55,930 nucleotides of DNA, from the IMG/VR virus record IMGVR_UViG_3300009104_001126, positions 1-55,930 of that record. The stretch is one strand, 5' to 3'. Source of the stretch: a virus. Taxonomy: Duplodnaviria; Caudoviricetes. The position numbers and the translations under genes are program-made. Shown here one piece after another: positions 17,129 through 27,970 of the stretch; position 1 is the first letter of the stretch, and every line of letters begins with the position of its first letter. The notes under the pieces are model-generated. The model searched no databases, had not been told where the DNA came from, and worked only from the letters and a program-made list of their open reading frames with translations.

Positions 17129-19629
17129 AATTTTATACGAACGTTCATCAAATAGGTGATCATGTTTTAGTAAGGGGATATGAAAACGGTCAACGCTTTG
17201 ATGATCGTATTGAGTATCATCCTACAGTTTATATTCCTACCAAAGATAAATCAAAATATAAATCTATTGATGGAAAATCTCTGGCTCCTGTTAAACCAGG
17301 GACTATTAAAGAGACAAGAGAGTTTATTCGAAAATATGATGGAGTAGAAAATTTCCAAATCTACGGAATGACTGCTTGGAGGTATGGTTATATTTACGAA
17401 AATTATCCCAAAGATAGAGGAATAGATTATGACTATTCTCAATTGTGTGTTGCAAGTATTGATATAGAGGTTGCATCAGAACATGGGTTTCCCGATCCAA
17501 TTTCTGCTTCAGAAGAAATTCAAGCCATAACCGTTGGAGCAAATAAAAAATATTATGTATTTGGATGTGGTGAATATAATAATACAAATCCAGAAGTTGA
17601 ATATTTTCAATGTGCAGATGAGAATCATTTAGTTCAAGAGTTTCTTTCTTTTTGGGAAAAGTTAGCACCAGATATTATTACAGGCTGGAATATTCAAGGA
17701 TTTGATATTCCTTATTTGGTTAATAGAATTTCCAGATTGTTCGATAAAAAGATGGTTAAAAGATTATCTCCTTGGAGATTGGTTAATGAGAGATCAACAA
17801 CCTTCAGGGGAAGAGAAACAATCTTTCATGATATTATCGGAATGTCTGTGATCGATTATATCGATGTATACAGAAGAAATTCACCACCAGCTGAAAGTTA
17901 TAGGTTAGATTATATTGCATCTGTTGAATTGGGTGAAAAGAAATTATCCTTTGAAGAATATGGAAACCTTCATACTTTGTATAAAGAAAATTATCAATTG
18001 TTTATTGATTATAATATTAAGGATGCTCAGCTCGTAGATCGATTAGAAGAAAAGAAAAAATTGATAGAGATGGTAGTTGCTTTGGCTTATGAAGCAAAAG
18101 TAAATTATCAAGATACATTTGGAATGGTTATGATGTGGGAGGTTATTCTCGCGAACGATCTCATGAATAGAAACATCATTGTCCCACCTAAAAAAGACAA
18201 TACAAAAAATGCTGCATATACCGGAGCCTATGTAAAAGAAGTTCAAGCAGGGTTGCATAATTGGGTTGTTAGCTTTGATTTAAATAGTCTATATCCTCAC
18301 TTAATCATGCAATACAATGTTAGCCCTGATACAATTTTAACAGGTGTTACAGAGCAATGTCGAGTCGATTCTTTATTGAATAAGCAAGTTGATTTACAGA
18401 AATATTATGATAAAGATATTGTTATTGCACCTAATGGTCAGGGATTCAGAAAAGATATTCAAGGATTCTTACCTAGGTTAATGCAGGAGAAATATGATAA
18501 TCGAGTTATCTTCAAAAAGAAGATGATTGATGCTAAAAAGAAATTAGAGAAAGCAACTGATCCAGATGAGATAGAAAGATTAAAGAAAGAAGCAGATTCG
18601 TTTGGTAATAAACAGACTGCTATGAAGTTAATGCTTAATAGTGTTTATGGAGCATTTGGGAATCCATATTTTAGATTTTATGATCTAAGAATTTCTGAGG
18701 CTATTACATTAGGAGGGCAGCTCAGTATTCGCTGGGCAGAAACTGTGGTCAATAATTATCTTAATCAAGTTATGGAGACAGAAGAAGAAGATTATGTTCT
18801 TGCATCGGATACTGACTCCCTCTATATTACTTTAGAAAAATTAGTAACCAAAGTGTTTCCAGAAAAACCAGATGTTGATAAAGTTATTAATTTTTTAGAT
18901 AAGGCATGTGAAGATAAGCTTCAAGAAGTAATCGATAATGGATATTCAGACTTAGCGAAATATATGAATGCATATGATCAGAAGATGTTTATGAAAAGAG
19001 AATGTCTTGCTGATAAAGGTATTTGGACAGGCAAGAAACATTATATTCTCAATGTTCATGATAATGAGGGAGTAAGGTATACTAATCCACGACTCAAAGT
19101 TATGGGCATTGAATCTGTTAAATCTTCAACACCAACATCTTGTAGGGACAAGTTGAAAAAATCTTTTGATATTATTATCAATAAAGATGAATCTGCCATA
19201 CAAGAATTTATTGCAGATTTTAGAGAACAGTTTGAAAAAGAACCTATCGAGAATATTGCCTTTCCTAGATCTGTTAAAGGAATTGAGAAATATAACGGAG
19301 GTACAACTTTATATGCCAAGGGAACACCGGTGCATGTAAAAGCAACTCGTTTATATAATCATTATCTAAAAGAAAAGAAATTACATAATAAACATCCTTT
19401 TATTCAAGAGGGTGAGAAAATCAAATTTGTTTATTTAAAACAACCAAATCCTATCAGGGATAGCGTTATAGCTATGATGGAAGGTCTACCTGAAGAATTC
19501 GGATTACATGATTACATTGATTATGATAAACAATTTGAAAAGTCATTCAGGGGACCTTTGAATGAAATATTGAAAGTAATTGGATGGTCTCCGGAGAAGA
19601 AAAGCTCTTTGGAAGCCTTTTTTATATGA
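17125..19629 (+). CDS. gp43: Family B DNA polymerase
   Basis: DIEV exonuclease, SFDLNSLYPH, KLMLNSVYG, SDTDS; C-terminal clamp-binding SLEAFF. Confidence 0.98.
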   Translation: MKFYTNVHQIGDHVLVRGYENGQRFDDRIEYHPTVYIPTKDKSKYKSIDGKSLAPVKPGTIKETREFIRKYDGVENFQIYGMTAWRYGYIYENYPKDRGIDYDYSQLCVASIDIEVASEHGFPDPISASEEIQAITVGANKKYYVFGCGEYNNTNPEVEYFQCADENHLVQEFLSFWEKLAPDIITGWNIQGFDIPYLVNRISRLFDKKMVKRLSPWRLVNERSTTFRGRETIFHDIIGMSVIDYIDVYRRNSPPAESYRLDYIASVELGEKKLSFEEYGNLHTLYKENYQLFIDYNIKDAQLVDRLEEKKKLIEMVVALAYEAKVNYQDTFGMVMMWEVILANDLMNRNIIVPPKKDNTKNAAYTGAYVKEVQAGLHNWVVSFDLNSLYPHLIMQYNVSPDTILTGVTEQCRVDSLLNKQVDLQKYYDKDIVIAPNGQGFRKDIQGFLPRLMQEKYDNRVIFKKKMIDAKKKLEKATDPDEIERLKKEADSFGNKQTAMKLMLNSVYGAFGNPYFRFYDLRISEAITLGGQLSIRWAETVVNNYLNQVMETEEEDYVLASDTDSLYITLEKLVTKVFPEKPDVDKVINFLDKACEDKLQEVIDNGYSDLAKYMNAYDQKMFMKRECLADKGIWTGKKHYILNVHDNEGVRYTNPRLKVMGIESVKSSTPTSCRDKLKKSFDIIINKDESAIQEFIADFREQFEKEPIENIAFPRSVKGIEKYNGGTTLYAKGTPVHVKATRLYNHYLKEKKLHNKHPFIQEGEKIKFVYLKQPNPIRDSVIAMMEGLPEEFGLHDYIDYDKQFEKSFRGPLNEILKVIGWSPEKKSSLEAFFI

Positions 19630-19654
19630 TAAATATGTAATAAGGTTATTCGTT

Positions 19655-20140
19655 ATGAAAGATATGAAAAAATTATGGTATAGCTGGCAGGATATGTGTT
19701 CGGATGTAAATCAACTCTGTCGTGATATTGTATTGGATAATTTTAAGCCCGATGTAATTGTCGGTCTTTCCCGTGGCGGGTTAACGCCCGGTGTTATGAT
19801 GTCTCATTGGTTGAAGAAACCATTTAAGCCTGTGAAAAGCGCTCTCCGTGATTTTCCTGAATGGGAAGACTATTTGCCACGGAAGACAGATAAGAGAGTG
19901 TTAATACTAGATGATATATGTGACAGTGGTGAAACATTTGAACGTATATCAGAACATATCAAAAGGCCTCGAGAGAACATGCCTTTACAACTTCAGTGTG
20001 ACGTAAGATTTGCATCACTCTGGTGGAACAATGAGGTAAAATTTAAACCTCATTATTACGTTAGGGAAGAAGCCAAAGATGCTAATAATCTTTGGGTAGT
20101 TTTTCCATGGGAATCATGGTGGAACGCTCCTAACAATTAA
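19655..20140 (+). CDS. Type I phosphoribosyltransferase (xanthine/guanine PRT-like)
   Basis: GLSRGG, LILDDICDSGET, WVVFPWE; start refined from track 19580. Confidence 0.88.
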   Translation: MKDMKKLWYSWQDMCSDVNQLCRDIVLDNFKPDVIVGLSRGGLTPGVMMSHWLKKPFKPVKSALRDFPEWEDYLPRKTDKRVLILDDICDSGETFERISEHIKRPRENMPLQLQCDVRFASLWWNNEVKFKPHYYVREEAKDANNLWVVFPWESWWNAPNN

Positions 20141-20170
20141 TCAAGTATAACCATACTAACGAGGAGTTAA

Positions 20171-20389
20171 ATGTTAGATACCGTACTTGGATGGATTAAA
20201 TCCGTCACAGAACTTGGTTTAGCAGTTATTGCCCTTGGCGTGGTTCTTCAGATCATTTTTGGAGCAGCAGTACCATTCATCGGAATTGATATCGTGGGTT
20301 CAGTTGTTACACTCGTAAAATCACTAGGAAGTGAAGGACTAGTTGGACTAGTCGCAATATGGGTGCTCTGGGGAATTTATTCCAAGTAA
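20171..20389 (+). CDS. Small membrane protein
   Basis: 72 aa, hydrophobic helices, GAGGAG RBS. Confidence 0.8.
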   Translation: MLDTVLGWIKSVTELGLAVIALGVVLQIIFGAAVPFIGIDIVGSVVTLVKSLGSEGLVGLVAIWVLWGIYSK

Positions 20390-20400
20390 CTTAACCATGT

Positions 20401-20429
20401 AAAGGGAGTTCTTTAAGGACTCCCTTTTT
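20401..20429 (+). terminator. Rho-independent terminator
   Basis: AAAGGGAGTTCT-TTA-AGGACTCCC-TTTTT. Confidence 0.85.
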
Positions 20430-20458
20430 ACTATTTAAATATTGAATTAAGGAATATT

Positions 20459-20770
20459 ATGGGCCCATTAGCAATTGGATTATTTAATGTCCTAACTGGA
20501 TTAGTAGTTGACAAAGCCACAGACTTAGCGAAAGAACATGTGGAAAAGATGATAGATGATGTCCTACCAAAAGATACAAAAAAACAATTAGATGAAATTA
20601 TAAAAAAAGATCCCGCGCATACATTTAAAAACGCGAAAGATGCACTTAAAGGTGCAGTAGAAGGCAAATTACCTATTATTAAAGCAGACGGTTCAATTTT
20701 GCCAATAGAGTTTACAGTAAAAGTTTCATATGATCCGGCCACAGGTAAAATTGACGTTAAAAAGTCTTGA
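20459..20770 (+). CDS. Hypothetical protein
   Basis: 103 aa, AAGGA RBS. Confidence 0.7.
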   Translation: MGPLAIGLFNVLTGLVVDKATDLAKEHVEKMIDDVLPKDTKKQLDEIIKKDPAHTFKNAKDALKGAVEGKLPIIKADGSILPIEFTVKVSYDPATGKIDVKKS

Positions 20771-20795
20771 TTATTTTATTTGTTTATATTATAAT
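20767..20795 (+). promoter_or_regulatory. Sigma70-like promoter
   Basis: TTGATT, 17 nt, TATAAT upstream of uvsX. Confidence 0.65.
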
Positions 20796-20822
20796 ATATT
20801 TTTATGATGATAAATTGAAAAG

Positions 20823-21881
20823 GTGATGATGAGTGATTATTTTGGAGAAATGTTACAGGTAACCAAAAATGAATTTGGTTCAAAAGTAAGTGATGGTGTT
20901 GAGGCTGGAGATGTAGAAAGTTTTATTGATACTGGTTCTTATATTTTAAACGGATTATTATCTGGAAGCATCTACGGTGGATTGCCTTCAAATAAAATTA
21001 CCGCATTTGCCGGTGAAAGTTCTACGGGTAAAACTTTTTTCGTTTTGGGTTGTGTTAGACAGTTTCTTTCAGATAATCCTACTGGCGGTGTTATATACTT
21101 TGAGTCTGAATCAGCTTTAACAAAAGAGATGATCGAATCAAGAGGGATAGATTCTACGAGAATGATTATTCTTCCTGTAGCTACCGTTCAAGAATTTAGA
21201 ACACAGGCAACAAAAGTTTTAGAAAAACATTTAGAAGAACCTGAAAAGGGCAGACCACCAATGATGATATGTTTAGATTCATTAGGTAATCTTTCTACTT
21301 CTAAAGAGATGGAAGATGTTAGTGATGGTAAAGATACCAGAGATATGACCAGAGCTCAAATGGTTAAAGGAACATTTAGAGTTCTTACTTTATTAGGAGG
21401 AAAAGCAAAAGTTCCCCTTGTTGTTACTAATCACACATATGATCAAATAGGTACATTGTTTCCTCAAAAGATTATGGGTGGTGGAACTGGTCTTCATTAT
21501 GCTGCGTCTAGCATTGTATTCCTGTCTAAGAAGAAAGAAAAAGATGGGACGGAAGTAATTGGTAATATAGTACATTGTAGAAATTATAAATCTCGTCTCA
21601 CTAAGGAGAATAAGATGGTCGATGTCCTTCTTACGTATAAAGAAGGATTAAATCGATATTATGGTTTAGCAGAGCTAGCTGAAAAATATGGTATATTTAA
21701 AAAAGTTTCTACCAGATTAGAAATGCCAGATGGAGAAAAAGTTTTTCTAAAATCTATTCTCAAAAATCCGGATAAGTATTTCACTAAAGAAATTTTAGAT
21801 AAGATAGACGAAGTCGCTCATAAAGAGTTTCTTTACGGTCAGGTTGGTATTGAGGATGAAGCAACAGAAGAAGAAGTCTGA
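20823..21881 (+). CDS. uvsX: RecA-like recombinase UvsX
   Basis: [31 protein letters not shown]. Confidence 0.95.
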   Translation: MMMSDYFGEMLQVTKNEFGSKVSDGVEAGDVESFIDTGSYILNGLLSGSIYGGLPSNKITAFAGESSTGKTFFVLGCVRQFLSDNPTGGVIYFESESALTKEMIESRGIDSTRMIILPVATVQEFRTQATKVLEKHLEEPEKGRPPMMICLDSLGNLSTSKEMEDVSDGKDTRDMTRAQMVKGTFRVLTLLGGKAKVPLVVTNHTYDQIGTLFPQKIMGGGTGLHYAASSIVFLSKKKEKDGTEVIGNIVHCRNYKSRLTKENKMVDVLLTYKEGLNRYYGLAELAEKYGIFKKVSTRLEMPDGEKVFLKSILKNPDKYFTKEILDKIDEVAHKEFLYGQVGIEDEATEEEV

Positions 21882-22056
21882 AGATTTAATAATACAAAAA
21901 GTTAAGATAGTGGAATTAACATTAGAAGATGGTTCAAAATTTCTTTGCCGAGCAGGAGAAGCGGCTGTAGCGAGAGCATGGAAAAATTATCCAGTTGTTT
22001 CTGCTGAGTATACAGGAAAAGAAGAAATAATGCAATATTGGGATCCGAATGAGTAA
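21856..22056 (+). CDS. Hypothetical protein
   Basis: Overlap-coupled ORF; track start 21844. Confidence 0.55.
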   Translation: MKQQKKKSEDLIIQKVKIVELTLEDGSKFLCRAGEAAVARAWKNYPVVSAEYTGKEEIMQYWDPNE

Positions 22057-22465
22057 TGAATTAACGAAAGAAGATTATGATAGGATTGATGGATATTATT
22101 CTTTAGTACCTCATCCTGAACATCCTGAGGATGTTTCACAAATGTGTGTGCAAATAAACACTGGCCCTTTTGAAGGAACTGTTATAAAATATGGAAAGTT
22201 TCAAATTGCACCTCCGGATTATGAAGGAGAAAGTACTGCAAAATATGAATACGATATTGTTACAGTTCCACCAGAATTAAAAGATGTGGAACATTCCGAT
22301 GAAGAAGGAGAAAAATTTGAATTTATGATTGGAGAAATTTTAATTAAATTATTATGGGACAGACATATCGAAACCTTAAAAGAAGAGCAGAAGGAGATCA
22401 AAACTAATGACGGCATCATTGGAGAGGATAGAGAGACTGATATTATCACATTTAATACACAATGA
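22049..22465 (+). CDS. gp40-like head vertex assembly chaperone
   Basis: Lies between uvsX and gp41 as in T4; GPFEGTVIKYG...YEYDIV...IGEILIKLL. Confidence 0.55.
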   Translation: MSNELTKEDYDRIDGYYSLVPHPEHPEDVSQMCVQINTGPFEGTVIKYGKFQIAPPDYEGESTAKYEYDIVTVPPELKDVEHSDEEGEKFEFMIGEILIKLLWDRHIETLKEEQKEIKTNDGIIGEDRETDIITFNTQ

Positions 22466-23822
22466 AAATTTTTCACGTAAAGTTGTCCCCTACGTAAAAG
22501 CTGAATATTTTGAAGACTCATCTGAAAAGTTGGTTTTTAAATTAATTCAAGAATATATTTTAAAACATAACGACTTACCTACCAAACAAAGTTTAGCGAT
22601 AGATTTAGATCAATTAGATGGCATTCATGAAAATGAATATTCCAAATCAAGTCAAATAATTGATTCTTTAGATAAGCCTGAAAGCACAGATATCACACCT
22701 TGGCTTTTAGAACAATCAGAAACATTTTGTCAGGATAAAGCAATATATAACGCAGTTGTTGATGCGATTGCTATTTTAGAAGGTAATGATAAGAAAACTC
22801 ATTTATCTAAAGGAGCAATTCCAACTGTCTTATCAGATGCCTTAGCCGTTTCTTTTGATCCACACATTGGTCACGATTTTATTGAAGACGCAGAAAACAG
22901 ATTTGACTTTTATCATAGAATAGAAGAAAAGCTTGAATTTGATTTAGAGATGTTTAATAAAATTACGAAAGGTGGTTTACCAAAGAAAACTTTAAATATA
23001 TGTCTAGCGGGCACTGGAGTAGGTAAATCATTATTCATGTGTCATCAAGCGGCTGCAGCACTTTCTGTTAATAAAAATGTATTATATGTTACATTAGAGA
23101 TGGCTGAAGAAAGGATCGCTGAAAGAATAGATGCAAATCTTTTAGATATTCCCATTAGTCAATTAGAAGAAATTCCCAGAGACATGTATAAAAAGAAAAT
23201 TGATAAACTCAAAGGGAAAACTAAAGGAAAAATAATTATTAAAGAATATCCCACAGCATCTGCAAGTGCAATGCATTTTAAAAATTTATTAGGCGAATTA
23301 AAGTTGAAACGTAACTTTTCTCCTGATATAATATTCATAGATTATTTAAACATATGTACTTCTTCAAGGATAAGAGCAGGAGCAAATGTTAATTCATATA
23401 CCTATATTAAATCCATTGCGGAAGAATTAAGAGGACTAGCAGTTGAATATGATGTTCCAATTGTTTCCGCAACACAAACAACAAGAACAGGATTTACAAG
23501 TACGGATATTGGATTAGAAGATACTTCTGAGAGTTTTGGTTTACCGGCAACAGCTGATTTTATGTTTGCACTTATATCTTCTGAAGAAATGGAAGAATTA
23601 AATCAAATGCTTGTAAAACAATTAAAAAACAGATATAATGATCCTACATCATATAGAAAGTTTATTGTTGGAGTAGATAGAAGTAAAATGAGACTTTATG
23701 ATGTAGAACAAAAAGCTCAAGAGGATATAGCAGATAGTGGACAAGATGAACCATTGTTTGATGTATCAACTGGTAATAGAATGCGAAATAAAGCCGACTT
23801 CGGTACTTTTCAATATGAATGA
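22407..23822 (+). CDS. gp41: Replicative DNA helicase
   Basis: LAGTGVGKS, TLEMAEE, IKEYPT, IDYLN, SATQT, ESFGLPATAD, KNRY. Confidence 0.97.
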   Translation: MTASLERIERLILSHLIHNENFSRKVVPYVKAEYFEDSSEKLVFKLIQEYILKHNDLPTKQSLAIDLDQLDGIHENEYSKSSQIIDSLDKPESTDITPWLLEQSETFCQDKAIYNAVVDAIAILEGNDKKTHLSKGAIPTVLSDALAVSFDPHIGHDFIEDAENRFDFYHRIEEKLEFDLEMFNKITKGGLPKKTLNICLAGTGVGKSLFMCHQAAAALSVNKNVLYVTLEMAEERIAERIDANLLDIPISQLEEIPRDMYKKKIDKLKGKTKGKIIIKEYPTASASAMHFKNLLGELKLKRNFSPDIIFIDYLNICTSSRIRAGANVNSYTYIKSIAEELRGLAVEYDVPIVSATQTTRTGFTSTDIGLEDTSESFGLPATADFMFALISSEEMEELNQMLVKQLKNRYNDPTSYRKFIVGVDRSKMRLYDVEQKAQEDIADSGQDEPLFDVSTGNRMRNKADFGTFQYE

Positions 23823-24432
23823 TTTAGATTTTGTTAAAAATTCATTAGGATGTATAAACGAAGCCTTTAGAGATTTTAAAGATTCTTATAATACATTAAA
23901 ATTCGGCTTCAGGAAACCCATATCTCATTGGCATGCATGCGCCAACAGAATGGAAGAAATATTAGAAGAAGAATTAGGATTTTCATGTTATGTTAATGTA
24001 CGGAAAGATAGAAGCCATGCTTTATATGAAGTGACTTTTGATGGGGCGGCAAATGTTCCTGAAGAACATATCGCAGAGTCTGAATTAGAAATTACAATTA
24101 ATATATCACCTGAATTTTATACACAACAATTATATATACCAGATGAAACCTGGGAACAATATAAAGAACAACTCACCCTCACATTTATTCATGAATTAAC
24201 ACATTCTTTACAATTAGATGATGGTCGCAAGACTAAATATGATGATTATTTTTCAAACCCATTTGAAATAGATGCGTATAGTTCGGAACTCGCCTTTGAT
24301 ATGTTTCTTTATAATAAAGCAGAAAAAACTTGCGAATCGTACGCAAGGTATGCTACAATAGATAACAAGATACAAAAACAGATGATTTCTTTAGCAAGAA
24401 AGAAATACAGTTATCTTAAAAACAATAAATAA
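23815..24432 (+). CDS. Zincin-like (HExxH) hypothetical protein
   Basis: FIHELTHSLQ...PFEIDAY; start refined from track 23737. Confidence 0.65.
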   Translation: MNDLDFVKNSLGCINEAFRDFKDSYNTLKFGFRKPISHWHACANRMEEILEEELGFSCYVNVRKDRSHALYEVTFDGAANVPEEHIAESELEITINISPEFYTQQLYIPDETWEQYKEQLTLTFIHELTHSLQLDDGRKTKYDDYFSNPFEIDAYSSELAFDMFLYNKAEKTCESYARYATIDNKIQKQMISLARKKYSYLKNNK

Positions 24433-24460
24433 GATTATAAAACTATTTTGAGGGGTAACT

Positions 24461-24724
24461 ATGCAAAAAGTTCATGATCTACACGAATCGGCTAAGGAAG
24501 TTTTAGAAAGAGTCGTGATAAGCAAATTAGCCGTGATGAAGATGGAAGAAGTAGCTAAACGCGCAAATCAAATTGCGAAATGGGCCCGAAAGAATGCTGA
24601 AATGAATAGCGATTCTGCTCAAGCAGTTAAAGATTTAGCTAAAGAAATTCACCAAGTTATGGATACATACACAAAGGGTTCTAAGAATCCTGATTTAACT
24701 AATAACCCAATGAAGAAACTGTAA
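24461..24724 (+). CDS. Hypothetical protein
   Basis: 87 aa, GAGGGG RBS. Confidence 0.7.
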   Translation: MQKVHDLHESAKEVLERVVISKLAVMKMEEVAKRANQIAKWARKNAEMNSDSAQAVKDLAKEIHQVMDTYTKGSKNPDLTNNPMKKL

Positions 24725-26233
24725 ATGAAAACATACAGATCTTTTATGGCGCCTGGTTATACTAGGAGCGAAATTCATACTCTTTTAGAAAAAGTTTCAC
24801 CAGATCTCAAAAAACAAGTTCTTGATCAAATCGAGTTGGTTGATACGGACGAGGTGTTAAAGAATGTTTTGGAAGCGATTCAAAAAGATGTAATGGCGCG
24901 GATGCTAAAAGAAAAAGCAGATGATGCTAAAATTACAATGAATCAAGATTTGTTTATAGATTCTATGATATCTATAATTAATAAAACACAAGAGAGTGCC
25001 GAAGATCAAGTTAATTTCCTTACGGACTTACTTAATGGTAAGGTGATTGATTGTATTAAATTAGTTAAAGATAGTGTAAATAAAGTAGTAAAAATGGATT
25101 CTTATGTTAAGACAAAGAGTCCGTTATGGGGAAAAGTTAAAGACAAGTTGACTGCCCTAGATATAAAAATAGATAATCAAAACATTGGACCTGGTGAAAT
25201 TCTTTATATTGTATCAACTCCTGGAGCTAAAAAAGGAGATGAAGAAAATAAAGGTGATGCTTGGTTAGCACAAGGTGTTAATGTTGAACTAAAGAAAGAT
25301 GGTGGAACTTTTTCAAAGCCAACAAAATTTGCAGATGCTCGATTAGAATGGATTAATGCATTTAAAGCTTTAGGTAGAGATTTATCCGGAGAAGAAACAG
25401 ATACTATGGGCCTTGGTGGAACCAGCGTATACGGAGAATCAAATAGAGGTGGTGGTATAGCTAATGCATTGTCAATAGGAAGTAAAGAATATACAGCATT
25501 ATATATGGCAAAGAACGAACGAGCTAGTCAAAGAGTAGCAGATAAAGAATGTGAAAAATTATATCAAAAGGTTTGCCAGATAGCAATGCCTAATAATGGA
25601 GTTATTCCATATAATTTTAGTGGTACAGTAAAGAATGGTTTAACAGATCCTAACGAATTTATAAGACAATGGAATGCTAATGCTCTTCATGATTATAAAT
25701 CACACGGTTGGGATTATTTGACCTTATTTAATTCTGATTCCGGCGATACAATTTCATTTACAAATGCCCAGGATTTATATAAGTCAAAACAATGGAATGT
25801 TGGTACTGAATGGATGTTGAGATGGACCGGCGGTGGAGGTTTTGGTGGTACTGGATCATCAACAAGAGTATATGCCGGGACATTTAAAAATGTCGCAACA
25901 TTCGATCCAGGTGATACCGAATTTGAGAAGAAATTACAAACTCAAAATGATTTGAGAAAAATTTTAATGCATACCTTCGGACAATTACAAAAAGGTAAAG
26001 TAACCACAAAGATTAAAGATGCTTTTGCATCAGCAAAGAAATTAAAAGGTCCGGTAAATGATGTAACTCAAAATAATGATCCAAAAGATTTGAAACCTGT
26101 AGTTAGAGATATTGGTACAAAAATACAAGACTATTTTAAAGCGAAAAAAGATCTCGGATTCGGAACAGATAAAGCCGATAGAGAAATCGGAATGAGTTAT
26201 AAAGCCATGAAACAAAAATTGGGTATTAGATGA
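24725..26233 (+). CDS. Hypothetical protein, possible PD-(D/E)XK nuclease-like, probably capsid-internal
   Basis: MKTYRSF N-terminus; GPGE...KGD...VELK pattern. Confidence 0.55.
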   Translation: MKTYRSFMAPGYTRSEIHTLLEKVSPDLKKQVLDQIELVDTDEVLKNVLEAIQKDVMARMLKEKADDAKITMNQDLFIDSMISIINKTQESAEDQVNFLTDLLNGKVIDCIKLVKDSVNKVVKMDSYVKTKSPLWGKVKDKLTALDIKIDNQNIGPGEILYIVSTPGAKKGDEENKGDAWLAQGVNVELKKDGGTFSKPTKFADARLEWINAFKALGRDLSGEETDTMGLGGTSVYGESNRGGGIANALSIGSKEYTALYMAKNERASQRVADKECEKLYQKVCQIAMPNNGVIPYNFSGTVKNGLTDPNEFIRQWNANALHDYKSHGWDYLTLFNSDSGDTISFTNAQDLYKSKQWNVGTEWMLRWTGGGGFGGTGSSTRVYAGTFKNVATFDPGDTEFEKKLQTQNDLRKILMHTFGQLQKGKVTTKIKDAFASAKKLKGPVNDVTQNNDPKDLKPVVRDIGTKIQDYFKAKKDLGFGTDKADREIGMSYKAMKQKLGIR

Positions 26234-27462
26234 AATCTTATAAACAGTTTCTAACAGAAGCATCAGGTAAGAATCTTCATATGGAACATCTCGAAGATGA
26301 GGTGTTAAATGGAGGGGTTAATGGTACTAGAGGTGCTATTAATTTTTTAAGATCTCTTAGAGATATGTTAGCGGGTAATAATAAAGAAGCCGTTAATGTT
26401 ACAGTAAAATGGGACGGCGCTCCAGCTATATGTGCTGGCATACATCCTAATGGAAAATTCTTTGTTGATTATAAATCAATGAGACGACCATGTTTTACTC
26501 AATCAGATGTAGATGAACATTTCAGTGGTGGCCCTCTTCATTCTAAAATGAGTGCTTTGTTAGAACATTTACCTAAGTTAAAGATTCCAGGTAATATTTT
26601 TCAAGGCGATGTTCTTTGGACGGAAAATAAAGATAAAAAAATTAAAACAATAGATGATGAAAAGAGTATTACGTTTACACCTAATACTATAACTTATGCA
26701 GTTCCGTTAAATACCGAACTGGCTAAAAAAATTATTGAAGCTCAAGTTGGGATTGTTTTTCATACAACATATAGAACATCCGGTGCGGAAGACCTTACCG
26801 ATCTTAAAGCTGAATTTGGTGCCGATATAAATTTATGGTCTTCTCATAAAGATGTATGGGCTGTAAATGCTGATTTCACCGATTTAAGTGGTTCAGCAAC
26901 ATTTACTAAAGCAGATACTACTAAAGTAACCAGAATGCTTTCTGAGTTAGGAAAAGATTTTAATAAGGTCAATGGAAGATTCCTTGATAATATATCAAAA
27001 GATAATATTATTAGAACACATATTAAAACCTTTATGAATACAAAAGTTAGAGAAGGTGAATTTGTTGATAATTATAAAAGGTCGGCTAAAGAATGTGTTA
27101 AATGGATTGAAAATAAAATGCAAAAAGAAGTTGCGAAATTAAAGTCTGAAAGAGGAAGACAAAGAAAACAAATGACTGTTGATGGATATATGAAAACTTT
27201 AAATGGTTCTATGGATCAAATAGAGATCATATTTCGATTAATGTCATTAATAAACAATATAAAACTTTTTATAGTTGAGAAGTTGGAAGAAGTCAAAGGT
27301 ATAACAAACACCTTTATAAGAACACCAAGTGGATATAAAGTAACTAAACCAGAAGGTTTTGTTGCTATTGATACTTTTGATAATCAAAAAGGTTTAAAAC
27401 TAGTTAACAGAATGGAATTTAGTAGAATAAATTTCACCGCAGAAAAGGAGTGGGACCAATGA
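26230..27462 (+). CDS. Conserved T4-like phage protein with ligase/nucleotidyltransferase motifs (DUF6267-like)
   Basis: HMEHLED, TVKWDGAPA (KxDG), FQGD, PEGFVA, LKLVNRMEFS. Confidence 0.7.
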   Translation: MKSYKQFLTEASGKNLHMEHLEDEVLNGGVNGTRGAINFLRSLRDMLAGNNKEAVNVTVKWDGAPAICAGIHPNGKFFVDYKSMRRPCFTQSDVDEHFSGGPLHSKMSALLEHLPKLKIPGNIFQGDVLWTENKDKKIKTIDDEKSITFTPNTITYAVPLNTELAKKIIEAQVGIVFHTTYRTSGAEDLTDLKAEFGADINLWSSHKDVWAVNADFTDLSGSATFTKADTTKVTRMLSELGKDFNKVNGRFLDNISKDNIIRTHIKTFMNTKVREGEFVDNYKRSAKECVKWIENKMQKEVAKLKSERGRQRKQMTVDGYMKTLNGSMDQIEIIFRLMSLINNIKLFIVEKLEEVKGITNTFIRTPSGYKVTKPEGFVAIDTFDNQKGLKLVNRMEFSRINFTAEKEWDQ

Positions 27463-27725
27463 GACCTATTTTCATGAATGAAAAAGAAAATTTACACGAA
27501 TCTAAGTATTCTGATAAACTAATTGATGCACTACGTGATTGTATTGATGCGGCCCCTTCGCGAAACAAAGATAAATTGGCTCAGATTTATGAAGACTATG
27601 TACATAAGTTTATGAGAAGGCCACAGAAATTACCATATATGTTACAAGGGTTTTTAGATGCAATAGAAGAAGCTTCCGATGCAAGAATAGAATGGAAAGG
27701 CGCCGGAGATAGGGAAGACTGGTGA
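27450..27725 (+). CDS. Hypothetical protein
   Basis: ORF in coupled array; start uncertain. Confidence 0.65.
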   Translation: MGPMRPIFMNEKENLHESKYSDKLIDALRDCIDAAPSRNKDKLAQIYEDYVHKFMRRPQKLPYMLQGFLDAIEEASDARIEWKGAGDREDW

Positions 27726-27970
27726 AAACATTTAAAGAATGGAGTTTAGATGATAAACTCGACAAATATGTCAGTAACGAAATCAAAAAGAGGAGACTCG
27801 CTAGATTTCCGGTAAATGCTACTGATGACTATAAGATGAAAAAAGGTAAACCAGCTTTTACCTTCCCTTCACCAACTGGCGAAATGGTTATTCATGTTTG
27901 GTTAAGGCCTATGGCAAAGCCAGCAAAAAGTCATACAAAAGCTTTTAACTATGAGTTAGACGATAAATGA
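27722..27970 (+). CDS. Hypothetical protein with internal-protein-like N-terminus
   Basis: GTG start, MKTFKEW. Confidence 0.65.
   Translation: MKTFKEWSLDDKLDKYVSNEIKKRRLARFPVNATDDYKMKKGKPAFTFPSPTGEMVIHVWLRPMAKPAKSHTKAFNYELDDK

Noticed and set aside
17125-19629. Intein, intron or split in DNA polymerase (also checked gp41 and NrdJ)
   Set aside because: ORFs are continuous and of ordinary length, with no intein or homing endonuclease motifs
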